The notes beneath the pieces are model-generated. The model was not told where the DNA came from. It saw only the letters and a list, made by a program, of their open reading frames with translations, and ran no database searches. The position numbers were made by a program, and so were the translations under genes. From assembly GCF_964213995.1 (NCBI RefSeq), contig NC_135824.1, forward strand, positions 33,418,001 through 33,482,000: DNA of 64,000 nucleotides. The letters run 5' to 3'. Positions 1 to 9,514 of the stretch are shown one piece after another (positions within the stretch are counted from its first letter, which is position 1; the number at the start of each line of letters is the position of its first letter). The stretch comes from Mustelus asterias. Its lineage: Eukaryota.

Positions 1-2
1 CT

Positions 3-395
3 GACAGGGTATTCAGGACTCTTAGGGGGGAGGGAGATAAACCACAAGTTATTGTACATGTGGGGACACACGACATAGGGAGGATAGGGGAAGGGGATAT
101 TAGGCAGGGATTTATGGAGTTGGGGTGGAAACTAAAGGCCAAGACTGACAGAGTGGTTATCTCTGGACTCTTGCCTGTACCACGGGATAGTTTAGAGAGG
201 AATAGGGAGAGGGAAGGTTTGAATTCATGGCTGAGGGGATGGTGCAGGAGGGAGGGGTTCAGGTACTTAAGCAATTGGGGCTCGTACTGGGGAAGGTGTG
301 ACCTCTATGAGAAGGATGGTCTACACCTTAATCAGAAGGGGACCAATATCCTGGGGGGTAAATTTGCTAAGGCCATGCAGGGAGGTTTAAACTGA
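3..395 (+). CDS. CR1 ORF1p C-terminal SGNH/GDSL esterase-like domain (5' end outside window)
   Basis: Frame is open from nt 3: DRVFRTLRGEGDKPQVIVHVGTHDIG...ISGLLPVPR...LNSWLRGWC...DGLHLNQKG...GGLN*. Shows block III (GTxD) and block V (DxxH) esterase motifs. Confidence 0.85.
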   Translation, partial: DRVFRTLRGEGDKPQVIVHVGTHDIGRIGEGDIRQGFMELGWKLKAKTDRVVISGLLPVPRDSLERNREREGLNSWLRGWCRREGFRYLSNWGSYWGRCDLYEKDGLHLNQKGTNILGGKFAKAMQGGLN

Positions 396-445
396 TTCGG
401 GGGGGGGGAGGGATCCTGAGTAGTGGGGCTGAAAGTGAGGGATGC

Positions 446-3265
446 ATGGATGGGGACTGCAATGCACGGCATTGCAGAGGTGGGGTGGAGCAGGGTTTGA
501 AATGTGTATACTTCAATGCCAGGAGTATTCGCAATAAAGTGGGTGAACTTGCAGCGTGGATCAGTACCTGGGACTTCGATGTTGTGGCTATTTCAGAGAC
601 ATGGATAGAGCAGGGGCAGGAATGGATGCTGCAGGTCCCGGGGTTCAAATGTTTTAGTCGAAGTAGGGAAGGAGGTAGAAGAGGGGGAGGGGTAGCATTA
701 TTGGTCAGAGATTGTATCACAGTGTCAGAGAGGAGGTTTGATGAGGACTTATCTGTTGAGGTAGTATGGGCGGAGATTAGAAATAGGAGAGGAGAGGTCA
801 CCCTGTTGGGAGTCTTTTATAGACCTCCTAAAAGTTCTAGAGAGGTTGAGGAAAGGATTGCGGAGTCAATCCTGCTTAGGAGTGAAAGTAATAGGGCAAT
901 TGTTATGGGGGATTTTAACTTGACTAATATTGACTGGAATTGTTATAGCTCTAGCTCGTTAGAGGGGTCAGTTTTTGTTCAAAGCGTGCAGGAAGGTTTT
1001 TTGACTCAGTATGTAGACAGGCCAACTAGAGGTGAGGCTATATTGGATCTGGTGCTGGGAAATGAGCCAGACCAGGTGCTAGACTTGGAAGTTGGTGTGC
1101 ATTTTGGTGATAGTGACCACAATTCGGTTACGTTCACCTTAGTGATGGAAAGGGATAGGCATGAACCTCGGGCCAATGGTTTTAGCTGGGGGAAGGGTAA
1201 TTATGAGGCTATTAGGAGAGAATTAGGAAACATAGGTTGGACTAGGAGATTACAGGGACTGGGAACGTCCGACATGTGGAGTTTTTTCAAGGAGCAGCTA
1301 CTGCGAGTCTGTGATAGGTATGTCCCTGTCAGGCAAGGAGGAATTGGTAGGGCTAGGGAACCGTGGTGCACCAAAAAAGTTTCTTTGTTGGTTAAAAAGA
1401 AAAAGGAGGCTTATGTTCGGATGAGACGTGAGCACTCGGGTAGTGCACTAGAAAGCTTTAGATTGGCTAAGAGGGAGTTGAAGAGCGAGCTTAGAAGGGC
1501 TAAAAGGGGACATGAGAAGACTTTGGCGGATAGGGTTAAAGAGAATCCTAAGGCGTTCTATAGGTATGTCAAGAACAGAAGGTTGGTTAGGGCAAGTTTA
1601 GGGCCAGTTATAGATGGCAGAGGGAAGTTATGTGTGGAACCGGAGGAGATTGGTGAAGCATTGAACCAATATTTCTCTTCGGTGTTCACGCAAGGGGACA
1701 TGAATATAGCTGAGGAGGACACTGGGTTGCAAGGGAGTAGAATAGACAGTATTACAGTTGATAAGGAGGATGTGCAGGATATTCTGGAGGGTCTGAAAAT
1801 AGATAAATCCCCTGGTCCGGATGGGATTTATCCAAGGATTCTCTGGGAGGCAAGAGAAGTGATTGCAGAGCCTCTGGCTCTGATCTTCAGGTCGTCGTTG
1901 GCCTCTGGTATAGTACCAGAAGATTGGAGGTTAGCGAATGTTGTCCCATTGTTTAAGAAGGGGAACAGAGACTTCCCCGGGAATTATAGACCGGTGAGTC
2001 TCACTTCTGTTGTCGGCAAGATGTTGGAAAAAATTATAAGGGATAGGATTTATAGTTATTTGGAGAGTAATGAATTGATAGGTGATAGTCAGCATGGTTT
2101 TGTGGCAGGTAGGTCGTGCCTTACTAACCTTATTGAGTTTTTTGAGAAAGTGACCAAGGAGGTGGATGGGGGCAAGGCAGTGGACGTGGTATATATGGAT
2201 TTTAGTAAGGCGTTTGATAAGGTTCACCATGGTAGGCTTCTGCAGAAAATGCAGATGTATGGGATTGGGGGTGATCTAGGAAATTGGATCAGGAATTGGC
2301 TAGCGGATAGGAAACAGAGGGTGGTGGTTGATAGTAAATATTCATCATGGAGTGCGGTTACAAGTGGTGTACCTCAGGGATCTGTTTTGGGGCCACTGCT
2401 GTTTGTAATATTTATTAATGATCTGGATGAGGGTATAGTTGGGTGGATTAGCAAATTTGCTGATGACACCAAAGTCGGTGGTGTGGTAGACAGTGAGGAA
2501 GGGTGTCGTAGTTTGCAGGAAGACTTAGACAGGTTGCAAAGTTGGGCCGAGAGGTGGCGGATGGAGTTTAATGCGGAGAAGTGTGAGGTAATTCACTTTG
2601 GTAGGAATAACAGATGTGTTGAGTATAGGGCTAACGGGAGGACTTTGAATAGTGTGGAGGAGCAGAGGGATCTAGGTGTATGTGTGCATAGATCCCTGAA
2701 AGTTGGGAATCAAGTAGATAAGGTTGTTAAGAAGGCATATGGTGTCTTGGCGTTTATTGGTAGGGGGATTGAATTTAGGAGTCGTAGCGTTATGTTGCAA
2801 CTGTACACAACTCTGGTGCGGCCGCACTTGGAGTACTGTGTGCAGTTCTGGTCCCCACATTACAGGAAGGATGTGGAGGCTTTGGAGAGGGTGCAGAGGA
2901 GGTTTACCAGGATGTTGCCTGGTATGGAGGGGAGATCCTATGAGGAGAGGCTGAGGGATTTGGGATTGTTTTCGCTGGAAAGGCGGCGGCTAAGAGGGGA
3001 TCTTATTGAAACATATAAGATGATTAGAGGTTTAGATAGGGTGGATAGTGATAGCCTTTTTCCTCTGATGGAGAAATCCAGCACGAGGGGGCATGGCTTT
3101 AAATTGAGGGGGGGTAGTTATAGAACCGATGTCAGGGGTAGGTTCTTTACCCAGAGGGTGGTGAGGGATTGGAATGCCCTGCCAGCATCAGTAGTAAATG
3201 CGCCTAGTTTGGGGGCGTTTAAGAGATCCGTAGATAGGTTCATGGACGAAAAGAAATTGGTTTAG
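446..3265 (+). CDS. CR1 ORF2p, APE endonuclease plus reverse transcriptase, 939 aa, uninterrupted
   Basis: EN motifs YFNARS, ISETW, FYRPP, MGDFN, SDHN. RT motifs KSPGPDG, NYRPVSLTS, QHGF, DFSKAFD, GVPQGSVLGP, FADD. No stops or frameshifts. Same frame is open upstream to nt 371. Confidence 0.96.
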   Translation: MDGDCNARHCRGGVEQGLKCVYFNARSIRNKVGELAAWISTWDFDVVAISETWIEQGQEWMLQVPGFKCFSRSREGGRRGGGVALLVRDCITVSERRFDEDLSVEVVWAEIRNRRGEVTLLGVFYRPPKSSREVEERIAESILLRSESNRAIVMGDFNLTNIDWNCYSSSSLEGSVFVQSVQEGFLTQYVDRPTRGEAILDLVLGNEPDQVLDLEVGVHFGDSDHNSVTFTLVMERDRHEPRANGFSWGKGNYEAIRRELGNIGWTRRLQGLGTSDMWSFFKEQLLRVCDRYVPVRQGGIGRAREPWCTKKVSLLVKKKKEAYVRMRREHSGSALESFRLAKRELKSELRRAKRGHEKTLADRVKENPKAFYRYVKNRRLVRASLGPVIDGRGKLCVEPEEIGEALNQYFSSVFTQGDMNIAEEDTGLQGSRIDSITVDKEDVQDILEGLKIDKSPGPDGIYPRILWEAREVIAEPLALIFRSSLASGIVPEDWRLANVVPLFKKGNRDFPGNYRPVSLTSVVGKMLEKIIRDRIYSYLESNELIGDSQHGFVAGRSCLTNLIEFFEKVTKEVDGGKAVDVVYMDFSKAFDKVHHGRLLQKMQMYGIGGDLGNWIRNWLADRKQRVVVDSKYSSWSAVTSGVPQGSVLGPLLFVIFINDLDEGIVGWISKFADDTKVGGVVDSEEGCRSLQEDLDRLQSWAERWRMEFNAEKCEVIHFGRNNRCVEYRANGRTLNSVEEQRDLGVCVHRSLKVGNQVDKVVKKAYGVLAFIGRGIEFRSRSVMLQLYTTLVRPHLEYCVQFWSPHYRKDVEALERVQRRFTRMLPGMEGRSYEERLRDLGLFSLERRRLRGDLIETYKMIRGLDRVDSDSLFPLMEKSSTRGHGFKLRGGSYRTDVRGRFFTQRVVRDWNALPASVVNAPSLGAFKRSVDRFMDEKKLV

Positions 3266-3468
3266 GTTGGAGGGTCACAGTTTTTTTTTTAACTGGTCGG
3301 TGCAACATCGTGGGCCGAAGGGCCTGTTCTGCGCTGTAATGTTCTATGTTCTATGTTCTATGACTCGGATGATGATGACCCCTTCCCATGAACTCGAAGC
3401 CTTTGACTATTACTGATGTCCGCAAGCTTAGAGAAGTGACAAAAGTTAAATGTTTTATGATACCCTAT

Positions 3469-3820
3469 GGGGAGGCAATGGCCTAGTCGTATTATCGCTA
3501 GACTATTAACCTAGAAACTCAGCTAATGTTCTGGGGACCCGGGTTTGAATCCCACCAAGGCAGTTGGTGGAATTGAATTCAATAAAGAATATCTGGAATT
3601 AAGAATCTACTGATGACCATGAAACCATTGCTGAGTGTGGGGAAAAACCCATCTGGTTCACTAATGTTGTTCGGGGAAGGAAATCGTGATGTCCTTATCT
3701 GATCATGTGACTCCAGGGTCATGGCAATGTGGTTAATTCTCAACTGCCCTCCTAGGGCAACAAGGGATGGGCAATAAATGCTGGCCAGCCAGTGGTGCCC
3801 ATGTCCCATGAATGAATTTT
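3469..3820 (+). mobile_element. tRNA-derived SINE (family 3), 3' tail shared with the second CR1-clade LINE; other copies ~4888-5239(+), 20422-20778(-), 32190-32530(+), 53003-53560(+)
   Basis: Head has A-box (TGGCCTAGT) and B-box-like GGTTTGAATCCC. Tail GGGATGGGCAATAAATGCTGGCC...CCCATGAATGAAT matches the LINE 3' end at ~34910-34970. Confidence 0.8.
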
Positions 3821-4419
3821 TTTAAAAACCCTAAATTAAAAACACCCTCATTTATAAAACTGTTGCTATTCCCCTTATGTCATTAGGATCGCACCAGAGG
3901 GTTCAAAGCATTGAGTGCTGAAGGTGCGCACATGCTCATTCTGCTCCCTCGCTAATCATTTCAGATCTTGCATCATAAACAAGTTTAATTATATGAATAG
4001 TGAGTGCAAAGTGTAGCTGACAGGACTAGATTTATGTTGCAGGCAACATTCTGTCTGCCAGACAGTTCTGCTACCTGCCAGCTATTTTGTTAATCGAGGG
4101 AGACAGCAGGTGGCAGCAAGGTACACTTTCTGAGCATTAAAAACAAATCTTACACAAAAGGCACAATACCTTGGATGAGCGAAAGCTGAAATCAAATCAG
4201 AAAATGCTGGAGGATACTCGAGTTTAGCAGAGGGGAAATAATTTTAATGAGAGTTCACCGACATTGAGACTTTGGCCCAGGTTTTCACTCCTAGGTTTAC
4301 TCCGCAGGGATGAGAATTCCCGGCTTCTGTCGACCTCACCTTGGAAACTGGGAGCGTGCAGATCCAATTTTTGCTCCAGGGTGGGCAGTGGGCTGAATTA
4401 GAAGTCAAACCCGCCCCCC

Positions 4420-5755
4420 TCTCAGGAACAAGTGCAGCTGAGGAAGTGTATACGTGGAGCTTGGTGAGTGAGGGAGTTCGGTGAAGGGGGTGGGGGAGGA
4501 GGAGGTCTTTGTTTTCTTTTGATTTTTTTTTGTCTTTCTCTCCCTGAACTGGTTCTTACCCTACTAGAGGGATAGGAGCTGGCTGTTTGGTGAGTATCTG
4601 GTAAGTGAAGTGGCACAGTGGTTAGCACTGCTGCCTCATAGCGCCAGGGACCAGGGTTCGATTCCCGGCTTGGGTCACTGCCTGTGTGGAGTTTGCATGT
4701 TCTCCTCGTGTCTGCATTGGTTTCGTCCGGGTGCTCTGATTTCCTTCCACACTCCAAAGATGTGCGGGTTAGGTTAATTGGCAATGCTAAATTGCTCCTT
4801 AGTGTTCCAAAATGTGTAGGTTAGGAGGATTAGCAAGATAAATACGTGGAGTTACAGGGATAGGGCCTGGATAGGATGTTCTGTTGGAGGAGGTGATGGC
4901 CAAGTGGTATTATCGCTAGACTATTCATTCAGAAACTCAGCTAATATTCTGAGGACCCGGGATCGAATCCCACCACGGCAGATGGTGGAATTTGAATTCA
5001 TTAAAAATATCTGGAATTAAGAATCTACTGATGGCCATGAAGGCCATGGTCAGAAAAACCCATTTGGTTCACTAATGTCCTTTAGGGAAAGAAATCTGCT
5101 GCCCTTAACTGGTCTGGCCTACATGTGACCTCAGAACCACAGAAATGTGGTTGACTCTCAACTGCCTTCGGGCAACTAGGGATGGGCAATAAATGCTGCC
5201 CAGCCAGCGATGCCCAAGTCCCATGAATGAATAAAAAAAGAAGAGTTGGTGCAGACTCGATGGGCCAAATGGCCACCTTCTGCACTGTAGGGTCTCTGTG
5301 AAGTGGGTGTGGTCTATTCTATTCTTAAGGTATAAAATATGCACATTGGTGCTAAAGTTAATAAAGTGTATAAAAAAGCAAGTAACTTAATAACTAAGTA
5401 ACTTAATAATATAACTAAGTAATTAATTAAAACATGATGAGGATAATAGAGGCATTGGTCAGGGAGACTATACTGAACCTTTCTACAGGACAGCTGATGT
5501 GTCAAGGCTGCAGCATTTGAGAGCTTCTGGATGCCAGTGTGATCCAGGGCAATGATATCTGTAGCAAGTGTTTACAGCTCGAGGAACTTCAACGCAAGAG
5601 TTATTGAGCTGGAGGCTGAGCTGCAGGCACTGCGACACAGCAGGGAGGGGGGAAATGACTGGATACTTTGAACCAGGAGGCAGTCACACCTCTTAGGTGG
5701 TGCAAGCTTGAAGGGCTGAATGGCCTATTCCTGCACCTATCTTCTTTGTTTCTAT
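4420..5755 (+). mobile_element. Internally deleted CR1 derivative (5' UTR + degenerate ORF1 N-terminus joined to a CR1 3' tail), interrupted by two nested SINEs
   Basis: 5497-5700 translates MCQGCSI*ELLDASVIQGNDICSKCLQLEELQR/RVIELEAELQALRH (CxxC..CxxC plus coiled coil). It is followed immediately by GAAGGGCTGAATGGCCTATTCCTGCACCTAT, a CR1 3' end. Confidence 0.6.
4610..5300 (+). mobile_element. HE1-like V-SINE (CR1-type tail) interrupted by a family-3 SINE at ~4888-5239
   Basis: Head GTGGCACAGTGGTTAGCACTGCTGCC, B-box GGTTCGATTCC, V-domain. Tail GGTGCAGACTCGATGGGCC resumes after the inner SINE. Confidence 0.85.
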
Positions 5756-6574
5756 CCACCATGGGCAAACCATGCTGTTGCAAAATAAAGTAATGTGTCT
5801 CTTAATGATGCCTGTAATGACTTCAGTGAGGCCCATGACATTGGCCACTTGGAGTATGAGCTCCCTGAGTGAGGTCATAATTGTCTGCCCAATCAGGGAC
5901 CTTCACATGTATATCAATATGGAGGAATCAGGTTCACTGGAATCCATGATTCTGACTTTGTACCTGGAGCGCCCTAGGAGTGGACCAGAGTTTATTTAAA
6001 AATGGGACCTAGTGAAGGGCCATGGACCTCTGAGGAGTTATTTCAGTGCCACTTTTTTAAACAAAAGAAAAACTCACATTGATTTTTTAAAATCTTTCAA
6101 TACATAGAAAGTTCTTCAACTAATCTCCGATGAAAACAGACATTTCTATTCTTTCATCACTTGGAACTGCCAATCAAACACTCACTTAACAGACATCCCA
6201 ATGTGATCATGTTAGTGTGTAAAATCAGTCACAGCACAAATCCTATAATGGTAGCCCTCAGGCTTATGTCAATAGATGGAGTGAAATTTCAAACAGTGAT
6301 TTTCTTTTGAACGACAGACTTTTATTCAATTTGAAGCCAACTTGAGTTAAATCCATTGACAGTTCCAATGAGGTTACGCATTTTATACACAAAATCATGT
6401 TTACTTTGAACAACAATCCAAAAGGACTGAGTGTCTCACCTGCCCCAAAGGGTGCCTCACCTATCCCGAAGATGGCCTGGGATCATACCCAAAAGGGAAT
6501 CTTATCTCTCCAAAGGGGTCCTGACTTTTCAAATCGATCCACAATGTTCAAACATGTTGCTACTTTGCCGAATA

Positions 6575-6875
6575 GGTTAGCTCTGCTGCCTCACAGCGCC
6601 AGGGACCTGGGTTCGATTCCTGTCTTGGGTCACTGTCTGTGTGGAGTCTGCATGTTCTCCCCGTGTCTGCATGGGTTTCCTCTGGGTGTTCCGGTTTCCT
6701 CCCACAGTCCGAAAGATGTGCTGGTTAGAGTGCATTGGCCGTGCTAAATTCTCCCTCAGTGTACCCGACCAGGCGCCGGAATGTGGCGGCTAGGGGATTT
6801 TCACAGTAACTTCATTGCAGTGTTAATATAAGCCTACTCGTGTCGCTTGTGACAACAATAAATAAACTAAACTTT
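6575..6875 (+). mobile_element. V-SINE with alternative tail (tail 2); other copies ~15316-15575(+), 46457-46755(+), 48917-49205(+), 52560-52860(+), 53166-53434(-), 58778-59045(-), 60300-60577(-)
   Basis: Same head and V-domain as HE1-like SINEs, but ends ...TTTTCACAGTAACTTCATTGCAGTGTTAAT...TTGTGACA.(T)AATAAATAAAC. Confidence 0.85.
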
Positions 6876-6919
6876 AATTTGCTAACGGCGGGTTTCGCAC
6901 CCCTTGCCTTCCAAAATCA

Positions 6920-7187
6920 CTGGTCACTGTCTGTGTGGAGTTTGCACATTCTAATCGTGTCTGCGTGGGTTTCCTCCGGGTGCTCCGGTTTCCTCCCACA
7001 GTCCAAAGATGTGCGAGTTAGGTTGATTGGCCAGGTTAAAAATTGCCCCTTAGAGTCCTGGGATGCGTAGTTTAGAGGGATTAGCGGGTAAAATATGTGG
7101 GGGTAGGGCCTGGGTGGGATTGTGGTCGGTGCAGACTCGATGGGCCGAATGGCCTCCTTCTGCACTGTAGGGATTCTATGAATCTAT
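6920..7187 (+). mobile_element. HE1-like V-SINE, 5' truncated
   Basis: V-domain plus CR1-type tail ending GGATTCTATGAATCTATG. Confidence 0.85.
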
Positions 7188-7939
7188 GAAAATCTCACTT
7201 CAGCAGAGACAGCTGGTGATTTAATTGGCCAGCTGCTTCTGGACAGCCTACATCCACATGAACCCTGACCCGACTCTACTCCCACCCATAGGAGATAGGA
7301 AATGCCATGTTTGGGGACAGGTCTTGGGATTTTCAGCCATATCCGCAATTTTTGCCTCTCCGGCGTGCCAGAAATCCGGGCCATTAACTCCGTTTCTCTC
7401 TCCACAGACCTTTCCTATTCTGCTGAATATTTCCAGTATTTTCTGCCTTTATCAAACATACCCTGTTAAAGTGATAACATTCGCAGAGGATCCCTGGGCA
7501 TTTTTTAAGAACCTGGTTTCACACCAGGCCAGAGTTATAATCAACCCAGTGTGGCGCCCAAGCTGTGTAAGGTGGTTCGCTGCAGTGCACTCGGGAAACG
7601 GGTGTCTGGCTCTCGATTTATGCTGCCATTTCAGTGATATTCAATACCTATAAGTGCTTTGCATCAATGCCAGATGGAAAATGTAACCTCAGCCTTTATT
7701 CTACAACTAGATATGTGCTGCTACACTTAGAGAAATATACAACTTGGAACACTCCCTCGACTATGGGTGGGAACATCTCATTTCTGATGCCAACAATTTT
7801 CACTTTTCTGTCAGCTGTGGCGGGCAGCAATTTCACCACTGACTCGGAACGCTCTTCAAGTTCCAGAGCATGACGGGACACCTGGCCTCCTCCTGTGCTA
7901 TAACAATTCTGTGTGAAATCCTGCCTGCCACTTCATGTA

Positions 7940-9185
7940 GTACTGGGGGAGTGCTGCACTATTGGATTTCAGAGTAGACATTGAACTGAGGTGCTGTCAG
8001 CTGTCTCAGGTCGATGTGTAAGATCTCCTGGCACTACATTGCAACAGAGCAGCAATGTTCTTCCTGGTGTTGCTCGATATCCGTGAACAAACGCCTAAAA
8101 ACAGAACTTCCTCGGAATGTTCCTAAGTGAAGGATCGCCACTCTGTGCCCAATTTCTGAGCTGATATTTTTCCCAGCCTCTCCCGCTCGACATTCCGACT
8201 CTGGCCGGGTGAGATCCAACGGTGCAGCACACCCAATTTGAAGTGCAGCTGAGTCAAAAGGAAGGAGATCACTCCCCCTTTTTTTACAGCATCAGCGGCT
8301 GTGAACCAGGTAAGTTTATAGGTCCATCGAAATCTGAAGGTCATTGACAGGTCAGGGAGAAGGGAGGTATCTCAGGTAAGCGGATGGGATTTTGGGGATC
8401 GGGGCTCAGAGGTCGGGAGAGTCAGAGGGAGGAAGGTTGTGGTGTGGGTTAGGTCGGGACTGTGTGGAGGGGGCGTCAGGCCTTGGGTCAGGTTAGACCT
8501 TGGGTAGGATCGGGGCAGGGGCAGTGTAGGGTTGGAGGGGTCAAGCCTCAGGTTGGGCCTGGCCAGGAGGGACTAAGGAGGTGTGCAGTGAGAAGATGGG
8601 AGGGGTGGCAAGGGTGGGGAGTGAACCGTGGGATGGGGAGTGATCCCTGGGGCTTCATTGGGGTTGATGAATCAATCAAGTGTCCTCTGAGGAGCTCAGC
8701 AGTTTGGTGGAGACCTTAGAATGGGGTGGGTGAGAGGAAGACTCCTGGGGGTTTGGGATGTCAGTCTGGGTTTGTACAACAGCTACCCAGTTCGAAGTTA
8801 GAAGTGGTTTTAGTCCTTCTAACTTTTCCCAGCTATCTATTGGTGTAACCCAGGTGGAACCATCCGAAGTTTGCGATTTAAACCGCATTTTCAGATAATT
8901 CCCAGAAGAGGGCAATCACCCAGGGGAGGTTTGCACTTCTGGGCAATTGCCATGCAAACCCTTAGCTGGGAAACTCTGAAGAGGATACCCCAGCGAATCT
9001 TTGGGGTAGCTCCTAATACGACGCTGGGGAGCCTGGGCCAGTATCTGCTCATTGTGACTTTGCTGCACTTGGGAGCTTGTTGGATGGAAATCAATGCAGC
9101 ATTTCCTAAAACACATCTTTCAAAAAGTACTTCATTGGCTGTACTTGTGATGCAAGTTCTGAAAGGTGCTATCTAAATGTAAGTT
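7940..9185 (+). mobile_element. Old DeuSINE (SacSINE1/AmnSINE1-like) remnant split by a GC-rich insertion (~8100-9040); further remnants ~23700-23875(+) and ~48405-49460(-)
   Basis: Degenerate Deu-domain-like CTCAGGTCGATGTGTAAGATCTCCTGGCACTA and tail TTCAAAAAGTACTTCATTGGCTGTA...GAAAGGTGCTATCTAAATGTAAG. Recognised from memory of the family. Confidence 0.55.
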
Positions 9186-9514
9186 TTCCAATGTTTCTTG
9201 ATGAAGCAATGTTAGGAAGAGCAGGTCATTCAAAGGGAAATGAAATCCAACTCAATTAACATTAATGGAAATGATTAAATTGTCGCACTGCTTGATTTTG
9301 ATTTGTTGGAGTCACCAATGACTATGTTTTCACTCAGAAATATATTTTTCACCAATTCACAAACAACACTTACCTCCAACATCATAAAAAAACAACTATT
9401 GAGTCTTCGGGCAGCAACACAAACATCGGAACAGCTCCTTACCTAAGGAAGAGAGGGAATGTAGTAAAGGTTCACCAAACTAATTCCTGGGTTGTCTTAT
9501 AATAATAATAATGG

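Larger units (their letters stand above)
1..3362 (+). mobile_element. CR1 LINE, young and apparently intact from the window edge (ORF1 3' part, full ORF2, 3' UTR)
   Basis: Two tandem ORFs. The 3' UTR has a GGCC-GAAG-GGCC stem-loop (~3313-3325) and a terminal (GTTCTAT)n repeat at ~3341-3362, typical of CR1 3' ends. Confidence 0.95.

Noticed and set aside
367-2954. Antisense and alternate-frame ORFs over the CR1 (367-801, 1931-2230, 2672-2860, 2724-2954)
   Set aside because: Shadow frames of the RT coding sequence with no independent motifs. The same applies to 25344-25781 and 10945-11241.
3469-3560. tRNA-like sequences with A and B boxes
   Set aside because: They are SINE heads continuing into SINE bodies; no complete cloverleaf supports a tRNA gene.
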